Shown here: one piece after another, positions 50,002-58,481 of the stretch | How positions within the stretch are numbered: the first letter of the stretch is position 1 | How the letters are laid out: each line of letters opens with the position of its first letter | NCBI GenBank assembly: GCA_050010635.1 | Contig: JBEKKR010000004.1 | Coordinates: 70,272-134,271, forward strand | DNA from: Candidatus Limnocylindrales bacterium | GTDB taxonomy: Bacteria; Chloroflexota; Limnocylindria; Limnocylindrales; CSP1-4 | DNA length: 64,000 nt | Reading direction: 5' to 3' | Notes under the pieces: model-generated | What the model saw: the letters and a program-made list of their open reading frames with translations, nothing else | Told to the model about the DNA's origin: nothing | Databases searched by the model: none | Translations under genes and position numbers: made by a program

Positions 50002-50981
50002 CGACGCACCAGGTAGTCGAAGACGCTCTCGAGCGACTCGTCCGCCGGAACGACCTCGAACAGCCGAACGCTCGCGGCTCGGCTGACGGCGGCCAGCAGA
50101 CGGCGGAAGGCCGTCAGGTGGGCCGTCTGCACCGTGATCCCATTCGGGGTCAACTCGACCGCGAAGACCGACGGCTCGGCCATGAGGCTGATGGCCAGGC
50201 GTCGATCGTCGCTCGATCGGACGGTGATGCTGTGCGGCCGGTCGGTCATCAGGGTTCGAATTGCCCGGAAGTCGCCCGAGGCTGCGAGGCGGCCCGACAC
50301 CATCACCAGGATCTCCGTCCCGACGCGCTCGACCTCCTCGAGGATGTGCGACGAGAAGAGGATGGTGCGGCCCTGCTCCGCCAGCGTCCCGAGGAGATCC
50401 ATCATTGAGATGCGGTTGCGGGGATCCATGCCGTTGAAGGGCTCGTCCAGCAGGAGCACCTGGGGGTCGTGGACGAGCGATCCGGCCACCTTGATACGCT
50501 GCCGCATCCCCTTGGAGTACGTCCCGATCTGGCGGTCCATGGAGTCTTCCATGCCCACCAGTTCGATCGTGTGGCGGGCGGCCAGGTCCGCGTTTCGCAT
50601 CCCCTGCAGCCGGGCATTGAACCTCACGTAATCGAATCCGGTCAGGAACGAGTAGACGGCCTCCCGCTCCGGGACGAGCCCGATCTGGCGGTAAACCGAG
50701 GGATCGCGGTGCGGGCTGCGGCCGAGGACCAGGACCTCGCCGGCGGAGGGCGCCAGGAAGCCCGCCAGCATATGCAGGACGGTCGTCTTGCCGGCTCCGT
50801 TGGGGCCGAGCAGGCCGGTCACTCCGGCGCCGAGTGTGAAGCTGACGTCGTTGACCGCGACCACGTTGCCGTACCAGCGGGCCGCATGCGAGAGTTGGAT
50901 TGTCGGGGCGACGGCCCCCGCCGGCGCGGGCGCGGGAGCCGGAGATCCTTCGCGGAGGTTCGGGGCCGGTTGCGCCGTCAT
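49998..50981 (-). CDS. ABC transporter ATP-binding protein
   Basis: Walker A GPNGAGKTT, signature YSKGMRQR, Walker B LLLDEP. Confidence 0.85.
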   Translation of the reverse strand: MTAQPAPNLREGSPAPAPAPAGAVAPTIQLSHAARWYGNVVAVNDVSFTLGAGVTGLLGPNGAGKTTVLHMLAGFLAPSAGEVLVLGRSPHRDPSVYRQIGLVPEREAVYSFLTGFDYVRFNARLQGMRNADLAARHTIELVGMEDSMDRQIGTYSKGMRQRIKVAGSLVHDPQVLLLDEPFNGMDPRNRISMMDLLGTLAEQGRTILFSSHILEEVERVGTEILVMVSGRLAASGDFRAIRTLMTDRPHSITVRSSDDRRLAISLMAEPSVFAVELTPNGITVQTAHLTAFRRLLAAVSRAASVRLFEVVPADESLESVFDYLVRR

Positions 50982-51901
50982 GCGGGCATCCTCCGGTAGC
51001 GGAACAGCAGGACCGAGGTCGCCACCACGAAGCTCGCCACCGCTGCGATCAGGTATTCGCCGCTCGTGAGAGAGCCGTTGAAGTCCTGGCGAGTGAGCGG
51101 CTCACCGAAGAACCAGAACACCCCGCCCATGAGGGACGTGAGCGGCGTCAAGGCGAATAGCTTGTCCGCCCAGTCCCAGCCGGCATTCTGGCCGACCGAG
51201 TAGATGGCCGCCGGGATCGCCTCCATGAGCAGCGTGTAGGCCACGATGCCGATGGCCGAATACGCCCGGCGCGGCGAGAAGGAGGAGATGGCCAGCGAGA
51301 GTGAGGCCAGACAGATGGAGACGAGCGCGTTGGCCGGCAGCGAAGGCAGCGCCTTCGGCAGCTCGTCGCCGATCGCCTTGAAAGTGTCCGGCTTCATCAG
51401 CACGTCGCCGACGAAGAGGCCGGCCGTGGGCACGAGCAGCAGCAGGAACATGGCCGCGGCCAATGAAGCGAGTCTGGCCAGGGCGTATTCGCTCCGGCCC
51501 ATGGCCCTCGTGAAGTAGAGCGGCAGTACCTGGTAGCGCTGATCGCGGCAGACCAGCTCTGGAGCCTGGGCCACGCAGAACAGGATGATGAAGAAGCTCA
51601 GCCGCTGGAAGTAGTTGCCGTAGGCGAACAGGCCCATCTCTTCAGTGCTGTTCATCTGTTGCGAGATCGTGGACGAGAACGCGAGCTGGATCGCAGCCGG
51701 CAGCGCGTACAGGCCGGCGAGGATGAACGGGGCCGCCTTGGCGGTCATCGGCCGGCCGAAGCCCCAGACGCCACGGAAGCTTTCGACGAACAGCGACCAC
51801 ATTGCGTAGGCACGACCGTTTCGCTTGCCCTCGTAGTGGCGGTAGCCGAGGTCGTAGATGCTGCCGGTCGCCGAGCTGGCGGCGGGGTTTAGGGCGTTCA
51901 T
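50978..51901 (-). CDS. ABC-2 type transporter permease
   Basis: Multi-TM. Overlaps both neighbouring genes. Confidence 0.7.
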   Translation of the reverse strand: MNALNPAASSATGSIYDLGYRHYEGKRNGRAYAMWSLFVESFRGVWGFGRPMTAKAAPFILAGLYALPAAIQLAFSSTISQQMNSTEEMGLFAYGNYFQRLSFFIILFCVAQAPELVCRDQRYQVLPLYFTRAMGRSEYALARLASLAAAMFLLLLVPTAGLFVGDVLMKPDTFKAIGDELPKALPSLPANALVSICLASLSLAISSFSPRRAYSAIGIVAYTLLMEAIPAAIYSVGQNAGWDWADKLFALTPLTSLMGGVFWFFGEPLTRQDFNGSLTSGEYLIAAVASFVVATSVLLFRYRRMPA

Positions 51902-52818
51902 TGGGGGCTCCCGGCGGTTGGGGCGGCGTCGCGGAAGAGGTCTTCGAGCCGGCCGCGCTCCTGCTGGATGCGGACCAGCGGCAGGGCCAGGTCCGCAACA
52001 GCGTCCCGGACCGCGTCGTAGATGGCGTCGCTTTCGATGGCAACCAGGACGCCGGTCCCGTAGAGCTGGGCGCGCGCGCCTCGGGCGGAGAGCGCGGCCG
52101 CGAGCCGGTCCGCCCCTTCCTCGACCTCGACGGCCAGGACGGGCGTCCGCTGGGTGAAGAAGGAGATCGGCGCGGCCTGCAGAAGGTGGCCGTCGTCGAT
52201 CGCGAGCAAGAACGTGCAGACCTGCTCGATCTCGCCGAGCAGATGGGAGGCGACCACGACGGTGATCCCGAAATCGGTGCCTGTTCGCTTGATCAGGTCG
52301 AGCATCTCGTCGCGGCCGGAGGGGTCCAGGCCGTTCGTCGGCTCGTCGAGGAGCAGCACCTTGGGGTCGTGGACGAGGGCCTGGGCCAGCTTGACCCGTT
52401 GCTTCATGCCGGTGGAGTAGCCGCCGATCTGGCGGTAGCGCTCCTCGTACAACCCAACGTGGCGCAGGACCTCGGCGGTTCTCTCACGCGCCGCCGTTCG
52501 CGGTAGCCCGGAGATGCGGGCCATGTGGGTGACGAAGTCGGTCGCGCCGACATCCGGTGGCAGGCAATCATGCTCGGGCATGTAGCCGACGACGTGGCGG
52601 ATGGCGCGAGTCTCGCGCACGGAGTCCATGCCCAGGACGGAAGCGCTCCCGCTGGTGGGGGCAAGCAGCCCCAGCAGGATCTTCAGGAGCGTGCTCTTCC
52701 CGGCGCCGTTGGCCCCGACCAAGCCGATGATCCCGGGCTCCACAGAGAGGTCGAGCTTCTCGAGAGCCTTGACCGAACCGAAGTGCTTGGTCAGACCGAC
52801 GGTCTCGATGAGTGCCAT
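51898..52818 (-). CDS. ABC transporter ATP-binding protein
   Basis: GANGAGKST, YSTGMKQR, LLLDEPTNGLD. Confidence 0.85.
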   Translation of the reverse strand: MALIETVGLTKHFGSVKALEKLDLSVEPGIIGLVGANGAGKSTLLKILLGLLAPTSGSASVLGMDSVRETRAIRHVVGYMPEHDCLPPDVGATDFVTHMARISGLPRTAARERTAEVLRHVGLYEERYRQIGGYSTGMKQRVKLAQALVHDPKVLLLDEPTNGLDPSGRDEMLDLIKRTGTDFGITVVVASHLLGEIEQVCTFLLAIDDGHLLQAAPISFFTQRTPVLAVEVEEGADRLAAALSARGARAQLYGTGVLVAIESDAIYDAVRDAVADLALPLVRIQQERGRLEDLFRDAAPTAGSPQ

Positions 52819-52966
52819 GCCCGCGATTATGCGGCTCGCGCGCCTCGACCGGCGTCCTACTTACGGCCGGACCGCGTGTCATCCCAAAGGCCGATTGCCG
52901 GCCCGGCCCACCGAAAGATGGCCCGGTCGGGCCCACTGGCCCAGCCTGAGTTCGTGTTGCCATACT

Positions 52967-52988
52967 AAGTTCAGTATTGACTGAACTT
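52967..52988. promoter_or_regulatory. perfect 9-4-9 inverted repeat AAGTTCAGT-ATTG-ACTGAACTT, candidate operator for the GbsR/MarR-like regulator
   Basis: Seen directly in an AT-richer divergent intergenic region, about 80 bp upstream of the regulator GTG. Confidence 0.45.
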
Positions 52989-53067
52989 GCCGAAAGTTCT
53001 AGCCTCCCCAAATCCACTCGACCGGCACCGCCGGCCGCGGCATGGGAGGTCTCCCAGAGGAGGCTAC

Positions 53068-53577
53068 GTGGACGATCTGTTGGAACGAACCGGCGAGACT
53101 CGGCACTCTCGTATCTCCGCGGAGAGGTTCGTCGAGGAGATCGGCCTGGTCTTCGACTCGATGCACCTGCCCCGCATGGCCGGACGCGTGCTCGGGGCCA
53201 TCCTGCTGGGCCCGGCAGACGGCCCGACGGCCTCGGACCTGGCCGAGACCCTCCAGGCCAGCAAGGGCTCCATCAGCAACATGACCCAGCTGCTCATCCA
53301 CTACCGCTTCGTCGAGCGGACCGTGCGTGCCGGCGATCGGCGCGACCGCTTCGTGATCAAGTCGGGGGCGTGGGCCCGAATGATGCTGTGGCGCCTGGAG
53401 CTGCTGCAGCGACTGCAGGAGCTGGCCAGCGACGGCCTCGAGCTGCTCCCCGCGGAAGGCAACCCGGAACCATTGCAGGAGGTTCGCGACATGTACGCGT
53501 TCTTGGAACGTGAGCTGCCCAAGCTCTTCGATCGATGGGAGGTTGAACGTCCAACGGTCCGAAAGGAGGCCCCCTGA
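53068..53577 (+). CDS. GbsR/MarR-family transcriptional regulator
   Basis: GTG start 6 nt after GAGGAGG. wHTH region MAGRVLGAILLGPADGPTASDLAETLQASKGSISNMTQLL. Confidence 0.6.
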   Translation: MDDLLERTGETRHSRISAERFVEEIGLVFDSMHLPRMAGRVLGAILLGPADGPTASDLAETLQASKGSISNMTQLLIHYRFVERTVRAGDRRDRFVIKSGAWARMMLWRLELLQRLQELASDGLELLPAEGNPEPLQEVRDMYAFLERELPKLFDRWEVERPTVRKEAP

Positions 53578-54503
53578 TGACGGCCGCAATCGAGACTCAC
53601 AAGCTCACGAAGTGGTACGGCCGCTCGCGCGGCATCATCGACGTCGACCTGGTCGTTGAGACTGGCCAGATCTTCGGCTTCCTCGGACCCAACGGGGCCG
53701 GCAAATCGACCACGATCCGGCTCCTGTTCGACCTCATCCGGCCGACGGGCGGGTCGGCCAGCGTGCTCGGTCTTGACGTCCATCGCGATCGGCTCGCGAT
53801 CGACCGGCGAGCGAGCTACGTCCCGGGCGAGCTGTCGCTGTACGGCGACCTGACCGGCCGCCAGTTGCTGACATACCTGGCCAACCTCCAGGGCAGAGTC
53901 GACGTCGATTACCGCGACAAGCTGATCGAGCGTCTCGAGCTCGACCCAACCAAGAAGATCAAGAGCCTCTCGCGCGGCAACAAGCAGAAGGTTGGGCTGG
54001 TTGCCGCCTTCATGATCCGGCCCGAGCTCCTGATTCTGGACGAGCCGACCGCCGGCCTCGACCCCTTCGTCCAACTCGAATTCGAGCACCTCTGCGAAGA
54101 GGCCCGCGACGAGGGCCGCACGGTCTTCATCTCGTCCCACCAGCTGCCCGAGGTCGAGCACCTGTGCGACCGGGTCGGCATCATCCGCGAGGGCCGGCTG
54201 CTCGCCGTCGAGTCGATCGTCGACCTCAAGGCCAGGGCGGTGCGCCGCCTGGAGATCGACTTCGGCGAGCCCGTGTCGGCCGATTCGTTTGCGAATCTGC
54301 CGGGCGTTCGCGACCTGACGATCCACGACGGCGTCCTGCGCTGCACCGTCATGGGCAGCCTGGACGCGCTCGTCAAGTCGGCCGCGCGATACCGGATCGA
54401 CAACCTCCGGAGCATCGAGACGAGTCTCGAGGAGATCTTCCTGGCCTACTACGGTGCCGGCGATGGAGTCGCCGGGGAGGAGGCGCGCCATGCTGCTGCG
54501 TAA
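53577..54503 (+). CDS. ABC transporter ATP-binding protein
   Basis: GPNGAGKST, LSRGNKQK, LILDEPTAGLD. Confidence 0.85.
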   Translation: MTAAIETHKLTKWYGRSRGIIDVDLVVETGQIFGFLGPNGAGKSTTIRLLFDLIRPTGGSASVLGLDVHRDRLAIDRRASYVPGELSLYGDLTGRQLLTYLANLQGRVDVDYRDKLIERLELDPTKKIKSLSRGNKQKVGLVAAFMIRPELLILDEPTAGLDPFVQLEFEHLCEEARDEGRTVFISSHQLPEVEHLCDRVGIIREGRLLAVESIVDLKARAVRRLEIDFGEPVSADSFANLPGVRDLTIHDGVLRCTVMGSLDALVKSAARYRIDNLRSIETSLEEIFLAYYGAGDGVAGEEARHAAA

Positions 54504-55290
54504 CGTCTTCACCAAGACGGTCCGCGACCTGCGCTGGCCCACGTTCTGGGTCGCCCTCGGCATGGGCGCGATGACCGGCTACTTCGCCCTCCTGTTCCCA
54601 ACCTACGCCAAGATCGTCGACCTGAACTCCATCCTGGACAAGATGGGGCCGGCGGCGAAGCTCCTCGGTGCGAGCATGGGCGATGCCAGCACTCTCATCG
54701 GATTCCTCCACATCGAACTCTTCTCGATGATCCTGCCGGCGTTGATGGTCACGTTCGCGGCGGGGATGGCCAGCGGGTTCACCGCCGCCGAGGAGTCGCG
54801 CGGCACGATCGACGTGCTGCTCTCCTACCCCGTCTCGCGGCGGCGGCTGGTCCTGGAGAAGACCCTGGCGGTCGTCCTGGGCTGCGTCGTCTCGGCGGTA
54901 GTGGTCTGGGTCTTTGCCATCGTCGGAGCCGCGGCCAGCGCCAGCGTCCTGCCCGGGGACAAGCTGGCGGCCGCGCTCGTGATGATGGTCCTGATCGGCC
55001 TCGACTTCGGCGCCATCGCCCTGTCGATCTCGGCCTTCACCGGCAACCGCGGCGCCTCGATCGGCATTGCCGTGGCCCTTATGGTCGTGATGTACCTGGT
55101 CGACGCCCTCGCCAACATCGTCGACAGCCTGGGCATGGTCAGGCCACTCTCGCTCTTCCGCTACTACATGGGCGGCGATCCGCTCCGCAACGGCCTCGAC
55201 CTCGCCGACGCGGGCGTCCTTGCGGCCGTCGCCCTGGTATTCCTGGTCGTCTCCGTCATCGCCTTCGAGAGGCGCGACCTGGCGGCCTGA
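54490..55290 (+). CDS. ABC-2 type transporter permease
   Basis: 6 TM helices. Start overlaps the ATPase stop. Confidence 0.75.
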   Translation: MLLRNVFTKTVRDLRWPTFWVALGMGAMTGYFALLFPTYAKIVDLNSILDKMGPAAKLLGASMGDASTLIGFLHIELFSMILPALMVTFAAGMASGFTAAEESRGTIDVLLSYPVSRRRLVLEKTLAVVLGCVVSAVVVWVFAIVGAAASASVLPGDKLAAALVMMVLIGLDFGAIALSISAFTGNRGASIGIAVALMVVMYLVDALANIVDSLGMVRPLSLFRYYMGGDPLRNGLDLADAGVLAAVALVFLVVSVIAFERRDLAA

Positions 55291-55511
55291 CCTCGATCGC
55301 TCATTCGACCGCGGCCGCCCCAGGGTGGCCGCGGTTCGATTCCCGGCGCGTTGCGCGCGATCGTCTCACTTGCCCGAACGGGCGGGCTCCTCAGACGTTG
55401 CGCCTGTAGGCTGATGCGGACGCGATAGAGTAGTCGCGGGCTTATCGTTCCGTTCCGAGGTCACCCAGACCCTCCGGACGGACCGGCTCAGAGCGGGAAG
55501 CGGAAGCGGCA

Positions 55512-57200
55512 ATGCCCCGATGGAACTCCCACCGACGCGTTGAGACAGCAGGGACCTCCCTCGGCGCGGACAACTTCCACGACTACCTGGCCCGGAACCT
55601 ATCGGACGGATACCGGCTTGCTGTGATGGTCCTCGACGATCCGATCGAGGCCGGTGCCGTCCTCCGCGGCACGACCATGTCGACCTGGCTGACGGCCAGC
55701 GATCCATCGCCGGAAGCGGTCGACGAAGCCTTCCGCCGCCGTTTCGACTCGGACCTGCAGGCGGCCGTTCGATCGAGGCAATCGGGTGAGGGCCTGGACG
55801 TCGTCGTGCTGGGACCGCTCGAGGCGGCTATGGCGGGACTCGGGCCGCGGCTGCAGATCGCGCTGGCTCGCGGATTGGGGCCGTGGCAAGGGATCGGGCC
55901 GCTCGCCGTGGACGCCGACGCGACCGCGAAGGCAACGGCGGAGGCCATGGGAACCCTGGAAGCCCGGCTGGGCGCGAGCGATGCCGTCGCGCCGCCCGCC
56001 GGCGACACCGAGGCGCAACTGCGGACTCTCTACGAAGCCCGGGATCCCGGAGAGCCGGCGCCGCTGCCGCTGCGGATGCGACTCCAGCAGGACCTCCGCG
56101 GGGCCGAGGTGGCTTCGGCCGAACGGACGCGACTGGCGCGGGCCTCCGGCTGGCGATTCGTCTTCAATGCCTTCCTGGCGTTGGTCGTCCTGAGCCTGCT
56201 GGTGGCGCTGGCCAGCGTGCTCGGCGTCCGTTCGAGCCCGATAGTCGCCGGCGACCCGACGAGCGACCCGGCTTCGCCCCTGACCATCTCGGGCCTCTCG
56301 CTCGTCCAGGGGTCCATCGACGGCGTCGACGTCCACGTCGGGTCGACCCAACGGACGATGATCGTGGCCTTCGCGCCGTCGCCCCTCTGGCATTCGTCGG
56401 ACAAACAATGCCAGGCCGACGTCTTCGGCGTGATCGACTGGCACGGCCAGACGACCTGGATCGGGCAGCAGGCCGGCCACACGGACCTCATTGCCGGCGA
56501 CCCATCATCGGCCAGCGCCTACGTGGCGGGGCTGGGTGCGTATTGCGGGGTCGGGCGGTTCGCGACCGCAGACGGTGGCGTGACCTGGTCCGCCGGCGCA
56601 CTTCCCGGCGGCGCGGCGGAGAACCCGGCATGGCTGTCCTTCGATCCGGCCCGGGCCCACGCTCTCTTCGCCTACTACCCCGAGACGCTGTATACGAGCA
56701 CGGATTCGGGCGCGAGCTGGACCTCCAGGCCTTCGACGGTCGCGCCGCTTGCGTTCGATTCGACCGGTCGCCTGGTCGGCTGGTCGGCTGGCATCCTGTA
56801 CGAGTCGATGGACGACGGGGCCTCCTGGCAGGCGACCGGCCCCGGACCGGCCGATGCCCCGACGGCCGCCGGTGCGAACTCGGGCGGCGTGCTGATCGGG
56901 GCGAAGGACGGCCTGTGGTGGTACCCAAGCAGCTCGGCGGCCAGCCTGGTCCGGGCCGGCAGCGTCTTCTCGATTGCCACCCTCGGCGACGGTGCCGTGG
57001 TCCTCGGCGCGGATTCGACCGGCCATCCCTGGCTCGGCACGGTGGACGCCGCGACACCGGGGATCAACCTGGCAGCGTTGCCGCCCGAGGTCGGCACGCT
57101 CCAGGTCTCCGGGGGCAGCGTCGCGGTCAACGACAGCGGCGCGGTCGTGGCCTTCTCGGGCAGCAGCTCCGCCATCGCACTCGCCTCGTTCGGCCACTGA
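55512..57200 (+). CDS. single-pass membrane protein with extracytoplasmic BNR/Asp-box repeat domain; N-terminus resembles sigma-70 region 2 fragment
   Basis: TM helix WRFVFNAFLALVVLSLLVALASVLGV. Asp-box motifs SxDxGxTW (TSTDSGASWT, SMDDGASWQ, ADGGVTWS). N-terminus NFHDYLARNLSDGYRLAVMVLDDPIEAGAV. Confidence 0.55.
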   Translation: MPRWNSHRRVETAGTSLGADNFHDYLARNLSDGYRLAVMVLDDPIEAGAVLRGTTMSTWLTASDPSPEAVDEAFRRRFDSDLQAAVRSRQSGEGLDVVVLGPLEAAMAGLGPRLQIALARGLGPWQGIGPLAVDADATAKATAEAMGTLEARLGASDAVAPPAGDTEAQLRTLYEARDPGEPAPLPLRMRLQQDLRGAEVASAERTRLARASGWRFVFNAFLALVVLSLLVALASVLGVRSSPIVAGDPTSDPASPLTISGLSLVQGSIDGVDVHVGSTQRTMIVAFAPSPLWHSSDKQCQADVFGVIDWHGQTTWIGQQAGHTDLIAGDPSSASAYVAGLGAYCGVGRFATADGGVTWSAGALPGGAAENPAWLSFDPARAHALFAYYPETLYTSTDSGASWTSRPSTVAPLAFDSTGRLVGWSAGILYESMDDGASWQATGPGPADAPTAAGANSGGVLIGAKDGLWWYPSSSAASLVRAGSVFSIATLGDGAVVLGADSTGHPWLGTVDAATPGINLAALPPEVGTLQVSGGSVAVNDSGAVVAFSGSSSAIALASFGH

Positions 57201-57394
57201 TGGTGCCGCCGGCACGACGGTGAATCGGCGAGCGCCGAAGTTGGGCTGGTGGGTTGCGGTCGGATATCGGCGGCGCCCAAAGGGAATCCTTCGCGCCACC
57301 CAAATGCATCCGTCCCTCCACTGACGCGCGGGCAGCGACTCCCTAGCCTGGGCTCGAATTCGTCCCAAGGACCCGGCCGTGAAGGAGGAATCCC

Positions 57395-57691
57395 ATGATG
57401 CCGCAAGCTCCGACCCCCGGTCTTCGTATTCCGACTGCCGGCCGCGCCCGAACCGCAACGGAGAGACTGCCCAGCTCAACGCCCGACTCCGACTCCAGCC
57501 AGGCCGTGAGGCTCGTTGCCCTGTTGCGCGCCATCGTCGCCACCGAGCGTGCCGGCGCCTGCCCGGTCTCCGATGGACAGCGCCTGAGTGGCGAGCCGCC
57601 CTCGAAGGCCGCGGCTGCCTCCCGCGCGGGCAGTGCGTCCCGAACGACAACCGATCCGCGACGACGACGCCACCAAACGTCTACTGGCTGA
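57395..57691 (+). CDS. possible small ORF (98 aa) with unusually strong RBS
   Basis: AAGGAGGA 7 nt upstream of ATGATG. Composition is low-complexity (R/S/T/P-rich) and GC3 is only moderate, so coding status is doubtful. Confidence 0.2.
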   Translation: MMPQAPTPGLRIPTAGRARTATERLPSSTPDSDSSQAVRLVALLRAIVATERAGACPVSDGQRLSGEPPSKAAAASRAGSASRTTTDPRRRRHQTSTG

Positions 57692-57827
57692 GCACTGAAT
57701 TCCCGCCGTCCCGCCCGTAGGCTCGCGGTCTCGGGTCGACACTCGACCTCTAGTGACCGGTTTGCACAATCCATGGGTGGCCCGGACGCATTGATTCAGT
57801 CGTCGGGCGCGGCGGGGGCGCCGCCCG

Positions 57828-58358
57828 CTACCTCAGCAACTTCTCGTACAGGGCATACGGCACGTCAAAGGCCGGGCCGCTCACCTCGCCCCGGTATTCG
57901 AAGCCGGCCCCCTCGTAGTAGGCCCGGATCGCGGGGTTACCGGCCACGCAGTCGAGCCGCAGGCAGACCGCGCCGCCATCTCGGGCAAGGATTTCGGCGA
58001 GCCCGAGCAGCTCCCGCCCCAGGCCGGGATGGCTCCGGAGGATCGCCAGCTTGTGCAGGTACCGCGCGTGCCCCGGCGGTTCGTCCGGCCGCTCTCCCCA
58101 GAACCTGACGTCCGTCCGGTGGAGGCTGAAGGTGCCGACCGCGGTCGGGCCGTCCCAGGCCAGGTAGGTCGGGCCGAGGGCCAGGCCGGCTTCGAGCACC
58201 GCCACGGAGAGGGGCCTCGGCCAGCAGTCGAGACCCCGGCTCGCCAGCCACGCCGACGCTTCGTCGAGAATCCCGGCCGCGACCGGCAGCTCGTCGGCCC
58301 GGGCGGCGGCGACGCGAATTCGGCCGTCCGCGAGCAACCATTCCTGCGGCAGAACCAT
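57828..58358 (-). CDS. GNAT family N-acetyltransferase
   Basis: 176 aa. Acetyl-CoA-binding motif region ..VCLRLDCVAGNPAIRAYYEGAGFEYRG. Internal ATG chosen from a 755-aa artefactual ORF. Confidence 0.7.
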   Translation of the reverse strand: MVLPQEWLLADGRIRVAAARADELPVAAGILDEASAWLASRGLDCWPRPLSVAVLEAGLALGPTYLAWDGPTAVGTFSLHRTDVRFWGERPDEPPGHARYLHKLAILRSHPGLGRELLGLAEILARDGGAVCLRLDCVAGNPAIRAYYEGAGFEYRGEVSGPAFDVPYALYEKLLR

Positions 58359-58481
58359 TCGAGGCGCCTCCCGACCCGCGACCTGCAACCCTTTCGATAC
58401 CTTACCCGCGAATCGCCGAAAGGCGTCGAGCGCTAAGCTAATGCGCCGGGGAAGTGGGGGCATGCGGCGTTCGAGCCCACA

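Noticed and set aside
53042-53284. Alternative longer start (ATG at 52987) for the GbsR/MarR-like regulator
   Set aside because: The first 27 codons are Arg/Pro/His-rich with no RBS. GTG at 53068 has a GAGGAGG RBS at ideal spacing, and the HTH domain begins shortly after.
57330-57365. tRNA-like T-loop resemblance (GGGCTCGAATTCGTCCC) in the 57.2-57.8 kb gap
   Set aside because: A cloverleaf cannot be completed: no acceptor stem complementarity and no anticodon stem. The similarity is just an 8-bp CGAATTCG palindrome.
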